A DNA stretch of 64,000 bases from Macrostomum lignano (taxonomy: Eukaryota). The stretch lies in NCBI GenBank assembly GCA_002269645.1, contig NIVC01002366.1:1-64000 (forward strand), read 5' to 3'. Below the pieces are notes generated by a model. It was given only the letters and a program-made list of their open reading frames with translations. It did not search any database and had not been told where the DNA came from. The first letter of the stretch is position 1; each line of letters begins with the position of its first letter. This document shows positions 23,949-37,128 of this stretch, piece by piece. The translations under genes were made by a program, and so were the position numbers.

Positions 23949-24772
23949 CGCGCTCACGAGTCTGTGTTGTTTCCTGGAAAACAGGCAGGCTTTGCCAGCT
24001 CTGCCCTGCTGCGTCTCTAATCTTATTTAGAGGTCTCCGCCGCCGTCCCTGCGCTCGGCCGGCCGCCATTGGCTGCAACTGTGGCCACCTCGCCTGAGGT
24101 GAAAAACTCTCGCTGCCGAGCCTCCCACGCCTGCCGACAGCCCGGCGCCTCCGAGTGGCCACTCGAGGCCGGGTCAGGAAAGGGGGTTCGGCGCTCAGCC
24201 TCTGTCCTTCTCTTGTCATTTTTCGGATCTCATTTCTCTTGTTAAAAGATTGAAAATCTTTCAATGCCTGCTAATTAAGGTCGCCATAATAAGACTGCGA
24301 CAGAAGCGAAGTGTTTGTTATTCTTCTCAACTGCTCTTTTTCTATTTAACAGAAGGTCACCTGCCAACATTTGAAGTTCTGCTCACGCAGTGGAAAGATG
24401 ACAGAAGTTCGAGTTTTGTTTTTCATTTTTTCGAATTTCGCCTACTTTTATCAGTAGTGTTTTGCAGCATCAAACAGTCCCGAGAGACACTACAAACTTT
24501 GAATGATGCTTTAAAAAATGACATCTTGAACTTTCAAAAGTCGCAAATGCATGAGAAGCTTTTAGCTTTTCAACACGAAAAAATTCCTAAAATATCACCT
24601 TCTGAACTTCCCAATTCTATTTGAGGATAGCATATGGGCTTCGTTCGAAGTCTTGCGAACCGAATGGAAGTTCTTTGGTGTTTAAAATCTACCTCGAGAA
24701 CTGAACCAACTGTCAGTCAGGCTTAAATGTGTTTTTATAACTTAGCTTCTCAACGTATGAGCATGGTATCGC

Positions 24773-25275
24773 TTTGGACAGTCAAAACGGGACGCCATAG
24801 ACATTCAAGCCAATCCACAGATCTCACCCTAGTCATGGACTTAAGCAGTTTAGCAGTCTAACTGAGGGAGGCTTGGCCATAGACTATAACTTTGGACATT
24901 CAATATGGGAAAAAGCCCAAAGATTTGCTCGTCTTTGGCCTGAAAGCAACCCCATTCCCTGGCGCCAGCAATTCCTGTAGCAGATCGCCAGCGGATGATT
25001 GATGCGATTCAACAAATGTCAGCCATCCCAAGAGCTGCAAGAATCTTCCGAATCTACGGACACCAAAGATTCTTTGTTCACTTTGTTCACTTTTAAATAT
25101 TCCAGTGGTCCTGGGATATAAAAAGTACATTAAATTGGGCGAATTCACGTTTTGAATGGTTTTTTTCCCATTTTGATTGTCCATTCCACATTCTATTGTT
25201 GTGCATTCCCAAGCAGCCCGAGTCTGTGCATCGTCTGGCTTGAATGTTTATGGCGTCCCGTTTTGATTGTCCAAA
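24773..25275. mobile_element. Possible MITE-like element delimited by a 39-bp inverted repeat
   Basis: TTTGGACAGTCAAAACGGGACGCCATAGACATTCAAGCC (24773-24811) against GGCTTGAATGTTTATGGCGTCCCGTTTTGATTGTCCAAA (25237-25275), 2 mismatches; no coding capacity between. Confidence 0.45.
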
Positions 25276-25849
25276 ATCCCGTTTAGATCGTTAAAAGCGA
25301 TAGCTCAAACTAAGAAAAAGAAAGATCAGCCTGTGCTCAAAATTCATGTCTATGGCCAAGCCGTAGCACAAAGTTTCGGCAAAGTGTCATCTTTTTAGTG
25401 TGTTCTCCTGTACGGATTTGTCTATGGCCAAACCTCTCTGGGCGCTATATAAAAATTTCAGATCACAGCGAAATCTTTGCTGAATTATTCGGCACGGAGG
25501 CTGCCGTTGCGTGCACCCAACCAATTTTCCACTCATTCCTTTTATGGAATTGAAAACCTGAGCTGGGGCAGGAGAGGGCTGCAGCTTGAAGACGGCTCAG
25601 GCAAGTCAATGCGTGACTGGCACCTGCGCTTCCCATTGTAAACCAAGGCTTGCGCAGAGTGCTGCTAAAATTTATAGCCTGAAAAAAAGCATTAAAAAGG
25701 GGGCCGCCTCTTGCCTGGATACAATGGCTGTAGCTTGCATTTAGCTCTTTACTGCCATTTTGAACTCTATTGCTTCTGCAATTAATAGCTTTTGGACATG
25801 GCCGCCTGCGAGTTAATGGTATCTGAGTGACCCCGTGCGGTAGCTGTCT

Positions 25850-27576
25850 GACTAGATGGGTAGCTGACTGACTAGATAATTAGCTGACTGACTAGATAAG
25901 TAGCTGACTGACTAGATAAGTAGCTGACTGACTAGATAAGTAGCTGACTGACTAGATGGGTAGCTAACTGACTAGATAAGTAGCTGACTGACTAGATAAG
26001 TAGCTGACTGACTAGATAAGTAGCTGACTGACTAGATAAGTAGCTGACTGACTAGATAAGTAGCTGACTGACTAGATAAGTACCTGACTGACTAGATGAG
26101 TAGCTGACTGACTAGATGGGTAGCTGACTGACCAGATAAATAGCTGACTGACTAGATAAGTAGCTGACTGACTAGATAAGTAGCTGACTGACTAGATGGG
26201 TAGCTGACTGACTAGATGGGTGGCTGACTTACTAGATAAATAGCTGACTGACTAGATAAGTAGCTGACTGACTAGATGGGTAGCTGACTGACTAGATAAG
26301 TAGCTGACTGACTAGATGGGTAGCTGACTGACTAGATGGGTAGCTGACTGACCAGATAAGTAGCTGACTGACTAGATGGGTAGCTGACTGACTAGATAAA
26401 TAGCTGACTGACTAGATAAATAGCTGACTGACTAGATAAGTATCTGACTGACTAGATGGGTAGCTGACTGACTAGATGGGTAGCTGACTGACTAGATGGG
26501 TAGCTGACTGACTAGATGGGTGGCTGACTGACTAGATAAGTAGCTGACTGACTAGATAAGTAGCTGAATGACTAGATAAGTATCTGAATGACTAGATAAG
26601 TAGCTGACTGACTAGATAAGTAGCTGACTGACTAGATAAGTAGCTGAATGACTAGATAAGTAGCTGACTGACTAGATAAGTAGCTGAATGACTAGATAAG
26701 TATCTGAATGACTAGATAAATAGCTGACTGACTAGATAAGTAGCTGACTGACTAGATAAGTAGCTGACTGACTAGATAAGTAGCTGACTGACTAGATAAG
26801 TACCTGACTGACTAGATGAGTAGCTGACTGACTAGATAAATAGCTGACTGACTAGATAAATAGCTGACTGACTAGATAAGTAGCTGACTGACTAGATAAG
26901 TAGCTGACTGACTAGATGGGTAGCTGACTGACTAGATGGGTGGCTGACTTACTAGATAAATAGCTGACTGACTAGATAAGTAGCTGACTGACTAGATGGG
27001 TAGCTGACTGACTAGATAAGTAGCTGACTGACTAGATGGGTAGCTGACTGACTAGATGGGTAGCTGACTGACCAGATAAGTAGCTGACTGACTAGATGGG
27101 TAGCTGACTGACTAGATAAATAGCTGACTGACTAGATAAATAGCTGACTGACTAGATAAGTATCTGACTGACTAGATGGGTAGCTGACTGACTAGATGGG
27201 TAGCTGACTGACTAGATGGGTAGCTGACTGACTAGATGGGTAGCTGACTGACTAGATGGGTAGCTGACTGACTAGATAAGTAGCTGACTGACTAGATGGG
27301 TAGCTGACTGACTAGATGGGTAGCTGACTGACTAGATGGGTAGCTGACTGACTAGATGGGTAGCTGACTGACTAGATGGGTGGCTGACTGACTAGATAAG
27401 TAGCTGACTGACTAGATGGGTAGCTGACTGACTAGATGGGTAGCTGAGTGACTAGATGGGTAGCTGACTGACTAGATGGGTAGCTGACTGACTAGATGGG
27501 TAGCTGACTGACTAGATGGGTAGCTGACTGACTAGATGGGTAGCTGACTGACTAGATAAGTAGCTGACTGACTAGA
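25850..27576. repeat. 20-bp satellite, about 86 copies
   Basis: TAGCTGACTGACTAGATAAG and ...GATGGG variants. Confidence 0.97.
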
Positions 27577-28257
27577 CTCCGTTGATAAACAATGAACAGA
27601 TGGGTTCAAATGCACTTTACCAGAACTGTAAGAATGCATAAATCAATCCTTAATCTGTGCTTGGTCTGACTTCTATAACACAGCTTCATCAGTGAGTTGT
27701 CTCAGTCACATGCAGCATGCAACTGCCCCCCTGGCCACCCCTGTCTATCTATCTATCCATAGCCTGCCAAAGACACCGTGAGAACCGGAGAGTCTGAGCC
27801 TAAGCGCCCCAACTGCTTGGCCAGTTTCAATTGTTGCCACATCTTTTGCAGCGAGGGTATGGGGAGGGTAGAGAGAGGGAGAGTGCTGGGTTTCTGAGTG
27901 AGGGACACTTTCTAAGAGCACGCATGAAGACAAGGCTGAGCTGCAACGCGAGCTGCGAAGCTGCAGAAGCTGTTGGGGGGGGGGGTCAGGCCTGATTAGA
28001 GAGTGTCGTCAGTAGCGCTGAAATTCTCTGCAGCGGCTATTTTGCAATCGCACGCGACACAGGAAAAAGTTACAAGCCCGAGCACAGCGGGCGGGCGGCG
28101 CCAACTATAGGGAGCTCGGAATTAAGCAATTAATTCATCAATTTAGGGCTGGAATGTCCACGCTAAGTCGTCTAAGAGTGCTCAGTTTTGTTTCGAAATT
28201 GGAATTTACAACTTTTGACAAAAAGAAGCCTCCCGGGGTTCGGGACTCAGGCTTCCG

Positions 28258-29155
28258 ATCCAATCCAATCCAATCCAATCCAATCCAATCCAATCCAATC
28301 CAATCCAATCTAATCCAATCCAATCCAATCCAATCCAATCCAATCCAATTCATTCCAATCCATTTCAATCTATTCCAATCTATTCCAATCTATTCCAATC
28401 TATTCCAATCTATTCCAATCTATTCCAATCTATTTCAATCTATTCCAATCTATTCCAATCTATTCCAATCTATTCCAATCTATTCCAATCTATTCCAATC
28501 TATTTCAATCTATTCCAATCTATTCCAATCTATTCCAATCTATTCCAATCTATTCCAATCTATTTCAATCTATTCCAATCTATTCCAATCTATTCAAATC
28601 TATTCCAATCTATTCCAATCTATTCCAATCTATTCCAATCTATTCCAATCTATTCCAATCTATTCCAATCTATTCCAATCTATTCCAATCTATTCCAATC
28701 TATTCCAATCTATTCCAATCCATTCCAATTTATTCCAATCTATTCCAATCTATTCCAATCTATTCCAATCTATTCCAATCTATTCCAATCTATTCCAATC
28801 TATTCCAATCTATTCCAATCTATTCCAATCTATTCCTATCTATTCCAATCTATTCCAATCTATTCCAATCCATTTCAATCTATTCCAATCTATTCCAATC
28901 TATTCCAATCTATTCCAATCTATTTCAATCTATTCTAATCTTTTCCAATCTATTCCAATCTATTCCAATCTATTCCAATCTATTCCAATCTATTCCAATC
29001 TATTCCAATCTATTCCAATCTATTCCAATCTATTCCAATCTATTCCAATCTATTCCAATCTATTCCAATCTATTCCAATCTATTCCTATCTATTACAATC
29101 TATTCCAATCTATTCCAACCTATTCCAATTCATTCCAATCCAATCCAATCTATTT
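28258..29155. repeat. (CCAAT)n and (CTATTCCAAT)n simple repeat
   Basis: Pentamer array at the edges, decamer array in the middle. Confidence 0.97.
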
Positions 29156-29834
29156 TATTTACAACCAGGTTGTAAATATTCTATTTCATCCCAATCCATT
29201 TCAATCCAGTCCAATCACCACCCCGTGTGCCTCTGTCATTTCACCTACGCAGCTATTATCAGCTATTACCATAGAGGTCCATCGCGGGTCGAAAAAGCAT
29301 GAATTAACAATTTAAGCAGATTTATCTGGTAAAACGCGTACAGCCTACTTACATAGAGAGTAGATTCCTGGTTGGACTGAATGCCAATTGTCCGATAAAA
29401 TTTAAATGTCTACAGAATCTCGCAACTCTAAATAATAGAAATAACTGGAGTAGTTATAACAGGACTCAGCCAGTGCCACCGCGTCCTCATGCGAGCTCAT
29501 GCATACTTCTGTTTCAACGGCTGTATTTCGATAACCTCCTTTATAGAAATGCGAGATAAAATGAAAATACAAGAAACAGGCGAGTTGAGCGAGTCTTGCT
29601 TGAGTTGAAGGTTTGACTTTTTAATTCGCTACATTAAGCACTGGAGGTACCCATAGGTATAGTACCAAGTATTTAGAATGAACTCTACGTGTACTTGTAA
29701 ATACTAGTCTAGATGTACAGTATAAACTGTACTTAAGTTCCTATCAAGTGGCCAGCAGTAAAATACCTACTGAGCGAATCTAAAATATTTTAAGAGTAAA
29801 AACTTGTGTTGGCTGTCAGCTGCTCACCTCAATT

Positions 29835-30415
29835 GGATTCTAGCGGGATTTCAATGGGATTCTAGCAGGATTTCAATGGGATTCTAGCCGGGATTTCAAT
29901 GGGATTCTAGCCGGGATTTCAATAGGATTCTAGCGGGACTTTAATGGGATTCTAGTGGGATTTCAATGGGATTCTAGCGGGATTTCAATGGGATTCTAGC
30001 CGGGATTTCAATGGGATTCTAGCGGGCTTTGAATAGGATTTCGTGCGATTTCAATGGGATTTCGTGGGATTTCAATGGGATTCTAGCCGGGATTTCAATG
30101 GGATTCTAGCCGGGATTTCAATAGGATTCTAGCTGATTTCAATGGGACTTCTAGCGGGATTTCAATGGGATTCTAGCGGGATTTCAGTGGGATTCTAGCG
30201 GGATTTCAATGGGATTCTAGCGGGATTTCAATGGGATTCTAGCGGGATTTCAGTGGGATTCTAGCGGGATTTCAATGGGATTCTAGCGGGATTTCAATGG
30301 GATTCTAGCGGGATTTCAATAGGATTCTAGCGGGACTTTAATGGGATTCTAGCGGGATTTCAGTAGGATTTCGTAGGATTTCAATGGGATTTCGTGGGAT
30401 TTCAATGAGATTTCG
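29835..30415. repeat. ~22-bp minisatellite
   Basis: GGGATTCTAGCGGGATTTCAAT and variants. Confidence 0.9.
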
Positions 30416-30506
30416 TGGAATTCTGATAGTACACTCTGACTGAGCAAGCTGAGGCCATCCAGCGGCATCCCCAGCCGCACAGCAGTGCAGCAGCTCCACC
30501 AGCACT

Positions 30507-33444
30507 TCAGGTGTTCTCCGCAAACAGCGGCTCCGCCTCCAGCTTGCGGTTTTTGACGCGGACGCTGCGCTCCAGAGCCATCCGCTTCTCCAAGTCCAGC
30601 GCGTAGTCCCCGGCCAGCTCCCACTTGTGCTCCGGCTCCACGCTGTTGCTGATCTCGGTGCCCCACTCCGGGTACACGTGCTGGATGGTGTGCTCGACGG
30701 CCAGGTTGCGGGGCTCCAGCATGCCGCGGAACAGGCGCCAGTCCGCGTACTTCCACGGCGTGTTCTCCAGCGGCCTGTACGGGTCCGGGCCGAACGGCGT
30801 CTGCAGCCGCATGTCGCCCAGCCGGTCCGCCGTGGCGCCGGTCCGCTGGAAGTTGAAGTACAGCTGGGTGTTGTCCGGGTACGACTCCTTGACGAACAGG
30901 GCCACCGGGGCCGGCTCCAGGTACTCCTTGCGGACTTTGTAGGGCGGGAACACCTTCACCATGAGCCGGTCGCACTGGTCAATGGCTGTGCAGGTCGGGC
31001 CCTTGATGGTGAGCACCAGGTACTTCACCCAGCGGTGCGCGCCTACCCGCCGGTTCAGAATGCGCCGCGTCACCTCGATCTCGCAACCAGTGCGCCTGGC
31101 ATCGAGAGGGGGGGGGGGCGATGGCCTTGAGGATGAGCTGGGGAGTGACCTCAATGAGGGTGACCCCAAGCAGGGTGACCCCAAGCAGAGTGACCCCAAG
31201 CAGAGTGACCCCAAGCAGAGTGGACCCCAAGCAGAGTGACCCCAAGCAGAGTGACCCCAAGCAGAGTGACCCCAAGCAGAGTGACCCCAAGCAGAGTGGA
31301 CCCCAAGCAGAGTGGACCCCAAGCAGAGTGACCCCAAGCAGAGTGGACCCCAAGCAGAGTGGACCCCAAGCAGAGTGACCCCAAGCAGAGTGGACCCCAA
31401 GCAGAGTGACGCCAAGCAGAGTGACGCCAAGCAGAGTGACCCCAAGCAGAGTGACCCCAAGCAGAGTGGACCCCAAGCAGAGTGGACCCCAAGCAGAGTG
31501 ACCCCAAGCAGAGTGACCCCAAGTAAAGTGACCCCAAGCAGAGTGACCCCAAAGAGCCTACCTGGCGATGGCGCGGAACTGACTCGGCTCAATCAGGAAG
31601 GCCTCGATGACGCTGTCCGTCATGAGCACCACAAACTCCCGCTTCATCACGTCGGCAAAGACGTTCATGCAGCCAATCACGGAGCCCTCCTTCTGCAGGT
31701 GGCCAATGCTCAGCTTCTTCTTAGCTGAAACTGGGTTCGCCTTCTCCTCCGTCTGCGGCGGCGCCTCGTCCGGAACGTCCAGATCGTCGCCCTCGCCCTC
31801 GCCTTCGCCTTCGTCCTCGGTGTCGCCTTCGAACTCGTCCGAGGTGCCTTCGCCGGCTCCGCCTTCGCCGCCTCCACCGCCGCCGCCACCGCTGCCACCG
31901 CCGCCTCCGCTGCCTCCACCGCCTCCACCGCCGCCGCCACCGCCGCCACCGCCACCTCTGCTGCCTCCACCGCCTCCACCGCCGCCGCCACCGCCGCCAC
32001 CGCCCCCTCCGCCGCCTCCGAATCCATCTGACTGAACTTCCCCGCCGCGAATTTTCTGCTTCTGCTGCTGCATGGAAAGCGACGCGCCTACCGGCTGGTT
32101 CCGCTTGTCGCCGATGCCAGCATCCCGAGAATCCGAGTCCGTCAGCAGCTTGTCCTTGGAGGCCCGCGAGGCCCGCCGCTGCTGCGAGTCTGGCGGCGTA
32201 GGGTGAGTCCACCGCCAGTTGTCGCTGCCGCTGGAGGCATCCGGCGACGAGTCCGCGCTGTCCTGGCTGCCCGGGCTCCTGTGGCGGCGGCAAAGGTTTG
32301 TGCATTTGTGTCCATGCTACTACTCTCTAAATAACTATCAGTAGTGCGATGTGGGTTTTTTATTTGCTACAGCTTATTATAAAAGTTTAGAAAAAAATTA
32401 CTGAGTCTCACAGATCCCAGTCTCACAAATCTCAGTCTCACAGATCCCAGTCTCACAGATCCCAGTCTCACAGATCCCAGTCTCACAGACTCCAGTCTCA
32501 CAGACCCCAGTCTCACAGACCCCAGTCTCACAGATCCCAGTCTCACAGATCCCAGTCTCACAGATCCCAGTCTCACAGATCCCAGTCTCACAGATCCCAG
32601 TCTCACAGATCCCAGTCTCACAGATCCCAGTCTCACAGATCCCAGTCTCACAGATCCCAGTCTCACAGATCCCAGTCTCACAGATCCCAGTCTCACAGAT
32701 CCCAGTCTCACAGATCCCAGTCTCACAGATCCCAGTCTCACAGATCCCAGTCTCACAGATCCCAGTCTCACAGATCCCAGTCTCACAGACCCAGTCTCAC
32801 AGACCCCAGTCTCACAGCTCCCAGTCTCACAGACCCCAGTCTCACAGCTCAGTATTGCTAGACTGAGTGTCAATAACAAAGTTTGCGTCCAAGATGCCGC
32901 CGGAGGTGGCCATCTCGCTGGTCAGGCGGGTGATGACGGTGGTCCGATGGCCGCCGCTGGAGTGCCGCTGTATATCGCTGAGACCGCACTGCATCTCTGT
33001 GGTGTTGTTGTTGGTGCTTCGGGCGGCCGCTTTGCGCTCAGCGGCCAGGATTGAGTCGTAGAGTCGGCCAGCAGCTTTCAGAGTTGACGGTTGCTGCGGC
33101 TGCTGCTGCAGCTGCTGACGCGCCTGCTGACGCAGGGCTCGCGTGGCGGCCGGCTGAGCCCGGCTGTTGGTCCAGGGGTCCCAGCCCGCGAGGCTGCTGA
33201 CCCGGCCAAAGCGGCTGCAGCCGCCGGCACTGCCGGAGCTGCTCAAAGTCAGGCACTCGGGCGCGCGGGAGGAGCCCGGCTCAGTTAGCAGGTCGGTCGC
33301 TGACCGGTAGCTCATTGGGGCCAAGGGCGGTGCGATGGCGAGGTGAATGAACGAGAATGTAGGAACTGAAGACGCAAAGCAAGACAAGTCGTTTGAAGCC
33401 CTGCTCTCTGCAGCTCGGTTCTGCGTTTCGTTTGCCGCTGCCAT
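30507..33444 (-). CDS. Uncharacterised 3-exon protein (~634 aa) with poly-Gly and acidic tracts and a C-terminal domain containing a KH-like segment
   Basis: Exons 33444-32846, 32278-31562 and 31095-30507 join in phase (1905 nt) at GT-AG sites with GC3-rich codons. The segment FRAIARRTGCEIEV...LTIKGPTCTAIDQCDRLM resembles a KH fold lacking GxxG. The first exon boundaries are the least certain. Confidence 0.7.
31145..31552. repeat. 15-16-bp intronic minisatellite
   Basis: CCCCAAGCAGAGTGA and CCCCAAGCAGAGTGGA units. Confidence 0.92.
32400..32845. repeat. 15-bp intronic minisatellite
   Basis: CCCAGTCTCACAGAT, about 29 copies. Confidence 0.95.
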
Positions 33445-33571
33445 GGTTGGAAAGGGAGAGAGGCAGGAATTCCTGCTTAGCAATAGTCTATGGCCAGGAT
33501 GTGAGCACTGCGCTGCTCACGGGTCTGCGGATTTAGACTTTTCTACATTCGTTGCAACCTTATTCAAGGAT

Positions 33572-34495
33572 TTTGATTCCCCTTTCTCAGATTCCCCTTT
33601 CTCAGATTCCCCTTTCTCAGATTCCCCTTTCTCAAACTCCCCTTTCTCAGATTCCCCTTTCTCAGATTCCCCTTCTCGCATCTGTTTGAGAATTCCTCAG
33701 ATTCCCATTCTTGCATCTGTTTGAGAATTCCTCAGATTCCCCTTTTCGCATCTGTTTGAGAATTCCCCAGATTCCCCTTCTCGCATCTGTTTGAGAATTC
33801 CTCAGATTCCCCTTTCTCAGATTCCCCCTTCTCGCATCTGTTTGAGAATTCCTCAGATTCCCCTTTCTCAGATTCCCCTTCTTGCATCTGTTTGAGAATT
33901 CCTCAGATTCCCTTTTCTCAGATTCCCCTTTTCGCATCTGTTTGAGAATTCCTCAGATTCCCCTTTTCGCATCTGTTTGAGAATTCCCCAGATTCCCCTT
34001 TTCGCATCTGTTTGAGAATTCCCCAGATTCCCCTTCTCGCATCTGTTTGAGAATTCCTCAGATTCCCCTTTTTCAGATTCCCCTTTCTCAGATTCCCCTT
34101 TCTCAGATTCCCCTTCTCGCATCTGTTTAAGAATTCCTCAGATTCCCATTCTTGCATCTGTTTGAGAATTCCTCAGATTCCCCTTCTCGCATCTGTTTGA
34201 GAATTCCTCAGATTCCCTTTCTCAGATTCCCCTTCTCGCATCTGTTTGAGAATTCCCCAGATTCCCCTTCTTGCATCTGTTTAAGAATTCCTCAGATTCC
34301 CATTCTTGCATCTGTTTGAGAATTCCTCAGATTCCCCTTCTCGCATCTGTTTGAGAATTCCTCAGATTCCCTTTCTCAGATTCCCCTTCTCGCATCTGTT
34401 TGAGAATTCCCCAGATTCCCCTTCTTGCATCTGTTTGAGAATTCCTCTGATTCCCCTTTTCGCATCTGTTTGAGAATTCCTCTGATTCCCTTTTT
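33572..34495. repeat. Composite minisatellite
   Basis: GATTCCCCTTTCTCA units alternating with GCATCTGTTTGAGAATTCCTCA. Confidence 0.92.
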
Positions 34496-34865
34496 TACAT
34501 CGCTTTCACTTTCTTTAAGCCCGTCCAAAACTTATTTTCAACAGTTTCTAAAGCCAATAAAAGTACAACTGTGAGCTTGAGACAGTTGCGGGCCTCTTTA
34601 GCACCTGCCTCCCATCAGCTGCCTTAATTTGGCAGCTCGAACCCCCCCCCAACACCGACTGACCCCAGCCGCTTTGATTGCTCGAAAATTCGATTCGAAA
34701 TAGGGAATTTCGAAGTTGAGGCAGCAGCGGTAAAAGGCTCGAGACAAAAAAGCTACTTCTTGTGACGAGAAAATCCCGCAGGATCACGCCACCGCGCCTC
34801 TTCGAGTGGCTGCCGCCTGCTTGAGGGGGCAGTGGGGAGGGAGTCGGCCCCACTCGGAGAGCTCG

Positions 34866-34879
34866 GTTGCCATGGCAAC
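34866..34879. promoter_or_regulatory. RFX X-box, perfect palindrome GTTGCCATGGCAAC
   Basis: Exact match to the RFX consensus inside a GC-rich promoter-like stretch. Confidence 0.65.
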
Positions 34880-35227
34880 CAGGCCATCACAACGTGTCAA
34901 GCTGGGCAGAGCGGCGGCAGCTAATTGGCCAGAGCTGGGGAGGTGGCGGCCGGCTGCGAGCCGCTTTTAAGGCCCGGCCGGGCCGGAGCCGCCGCCGCTG
35001 CCCGCCTGGAGACAATTAAACTCCTCAAGCAATTAATTAGGTTGAGCGATTGAAGCTTTTTCTGCGTGTCACAGAGCACTCACTTGAACCCAATCATCTC
35101 AGCAGGCTTCCGGGTTGACGAGGCTGCTGATCGCCGATTTTTCAGTTCAGATTGTTGACTGAGGTAAGCGGCGGGTCTCGGTGGCGACCTGACTGACCAG
35201 GGTTGACCCGGGCTGACCCGGGCTGAC

Positions 35228-36385
35228 CCTCTCTTACCCTCTCTCACCCTCTCCCACCCTCTCTCACCCTCCCTCACCCTTTCTCACCCTTTCTCACCCT
35301 TTCTCACCCTTTCTCACCCTCTCTTACCTACTCCCACCCTTTCTCACTCTCTCTCACCCTCTCTCACCCTCTCTTACCTTCTCTCACCCTCTCTCACCCT
35401 CTCTTACCCTCTCTCACCCTCTCCCACCCTCTCTCACCCTCCCTCACCCTTTCTCACCCTTTCTCACCCTTTCTCACCCTCTCTTACCTACTCCCACCCT
35501 TTCTCACTCTCTCTCACCCTCTCTCACCCTCTCTTACCTTCTCTCACCCTCTCTCACCCTCTCTTACCCTCTCTCACCCTCTCCCACCCTCTCTCACCCT
35601 CCCTCACCCTTTCTCACCCTTTCTCACCCTTTCTCACCCTTTCTCACCCTCTCTTACCTACTCCCACCCTTTCTCACTCTCTCTCACCCTCTCTCACCCT
35701 CTCTCACCCTCTCTCACCCTCTTTCACTCTCTCTCACCCTCTCTTACCTTCTCTCACCCTCTCTCACCCTCCCTCACCCTTTCTCACCCTTTCTCACCCT
35801 CTCTTACCTACTCCCACCCTTTCTCACTCTCTCTCACCCTCTCTCACCCTCTCTTACCTTCTCTCACCCTCTCTCACCCTCTCTTACCCTCTCTCACCCT
35901 CTCCCACCCTCTCTCACCCTCCCTCACCCTTTCTCACCCTTTCTCACTCTTTCTCACCCTTTCTCACCCTCTCTTACCTACTCCCACCCTTTCTCACTCT
36001 CTCTCACCCTCTCTCACCCTCTCTTACCCTCTCTCACCCTCTCTCACCCTCTCTTACCCTCTCTCACCCTCTCCCACCCTCTCTCACCCTCCCTCACCCT
36101 TTCTCACCCTTTCTCACCCTTTCTCACCCTTTCTCACCCTCTCTTACCTACTCCCACCCTTTCTCACTCTCTCTCACCCTCTCTCACCCTCTCTCACCCT
36201 CTCTCACCCTCTTTCACTCTCTCTCACCCTCTCTTACCTTCTCTCACCCTCTCTCACCCTCTCTCACCCTCTTTCACTCTCTCTCTCCCTCTCTCACCCT
36301 TTCTCACCCTCTCTCACCCTCTCTCACCCTCTTTCACTCTCTCTCTCCCTCTCTCACCCTTTCTCACCCTCTCTACCCTCTCTTA
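35228..36385. repeat. CT-rich 10-bp repeat (CTCTCTCACC)n
   Basis: Direct inspection; variant blocks recur with a longer period. Confidence 0.95.
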
Positions 36386-36832
36386 CAACCTCCCTTCCTT
36401 CAAAGTTCTCTCTCAAACTATCTTCATAAATAATTTATCAATCCCTCTGATACGCCCAATTCCTTCTTTCCATCACCGTCCGCTTAAAGAGCAGGTAAAC
36501 TCGATCCCCAGAAAAAACCGCACCGGCTGAGCAGGGCCACCGCTAGTTCGTATCGGAAAGAGTTGAGGACACAAGAAAAACATTCTAATGCACTTTCCTG
36601 GAATGTGGAATCCCCGTATGAGCTGAGCCTCTCCCTCCCCAAGATACTCTGACTTCAACTTCCGCACTTGTCCCGAGTCTTCAAGCTCCCAAATCGATCA
36701 CTGGCCATGTCCATCACAATTTTCAAGCGTGAATGATCATTTTAGCCACTTCCAGAGCGGGAGGATCTATTTCAGGCATGCAAAATCGATATTTTTATGG
36801 GACGAGTCTTGCGCAAGTCAGGAAAATATTTT

Positions 36833-36846
36833 GTTGTCATGGCGAC
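36833..36846. promoter_or_regulatory. X-box-like motif GTTGTCATGGCGAC
   Basis: Near-consensus RFX site about 280 bp upstream of the GPCR ATG. Confidence 0.4.
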
Positions 36847-37128
36847 CAGATTTGACAGGAAAGATGAAGAGCGGGAGAAGAGGCTGCGCACCTGGCGACC
36901 TGAGTTCGCCCTCTGCAGCTGGCCTGTCATTGTGAGAGCTCGCCTCGCCTTCGGCAAGACTGACAAGTTGAAGCGCTTAGGAAGCCCTGATCCAAATCGA
37001 GGACGCGTGTGGAAATTTTAAAGCTAATTTTACTGACTTTATCCTCAATCGCCTACTCATAAAGTGCTAATCAGTAGTCAAAAAGGGTCATTCTATAAAA
37101 TTTATTTATATTCTTCAGCAGAGTGACC

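Noticed and set aside
28154-29302. 382-aa ORF of (SNLFQSIPIY)n
   Set aside because: Produced by the CCAAT/CTATT simple repeat; no unique coding content.
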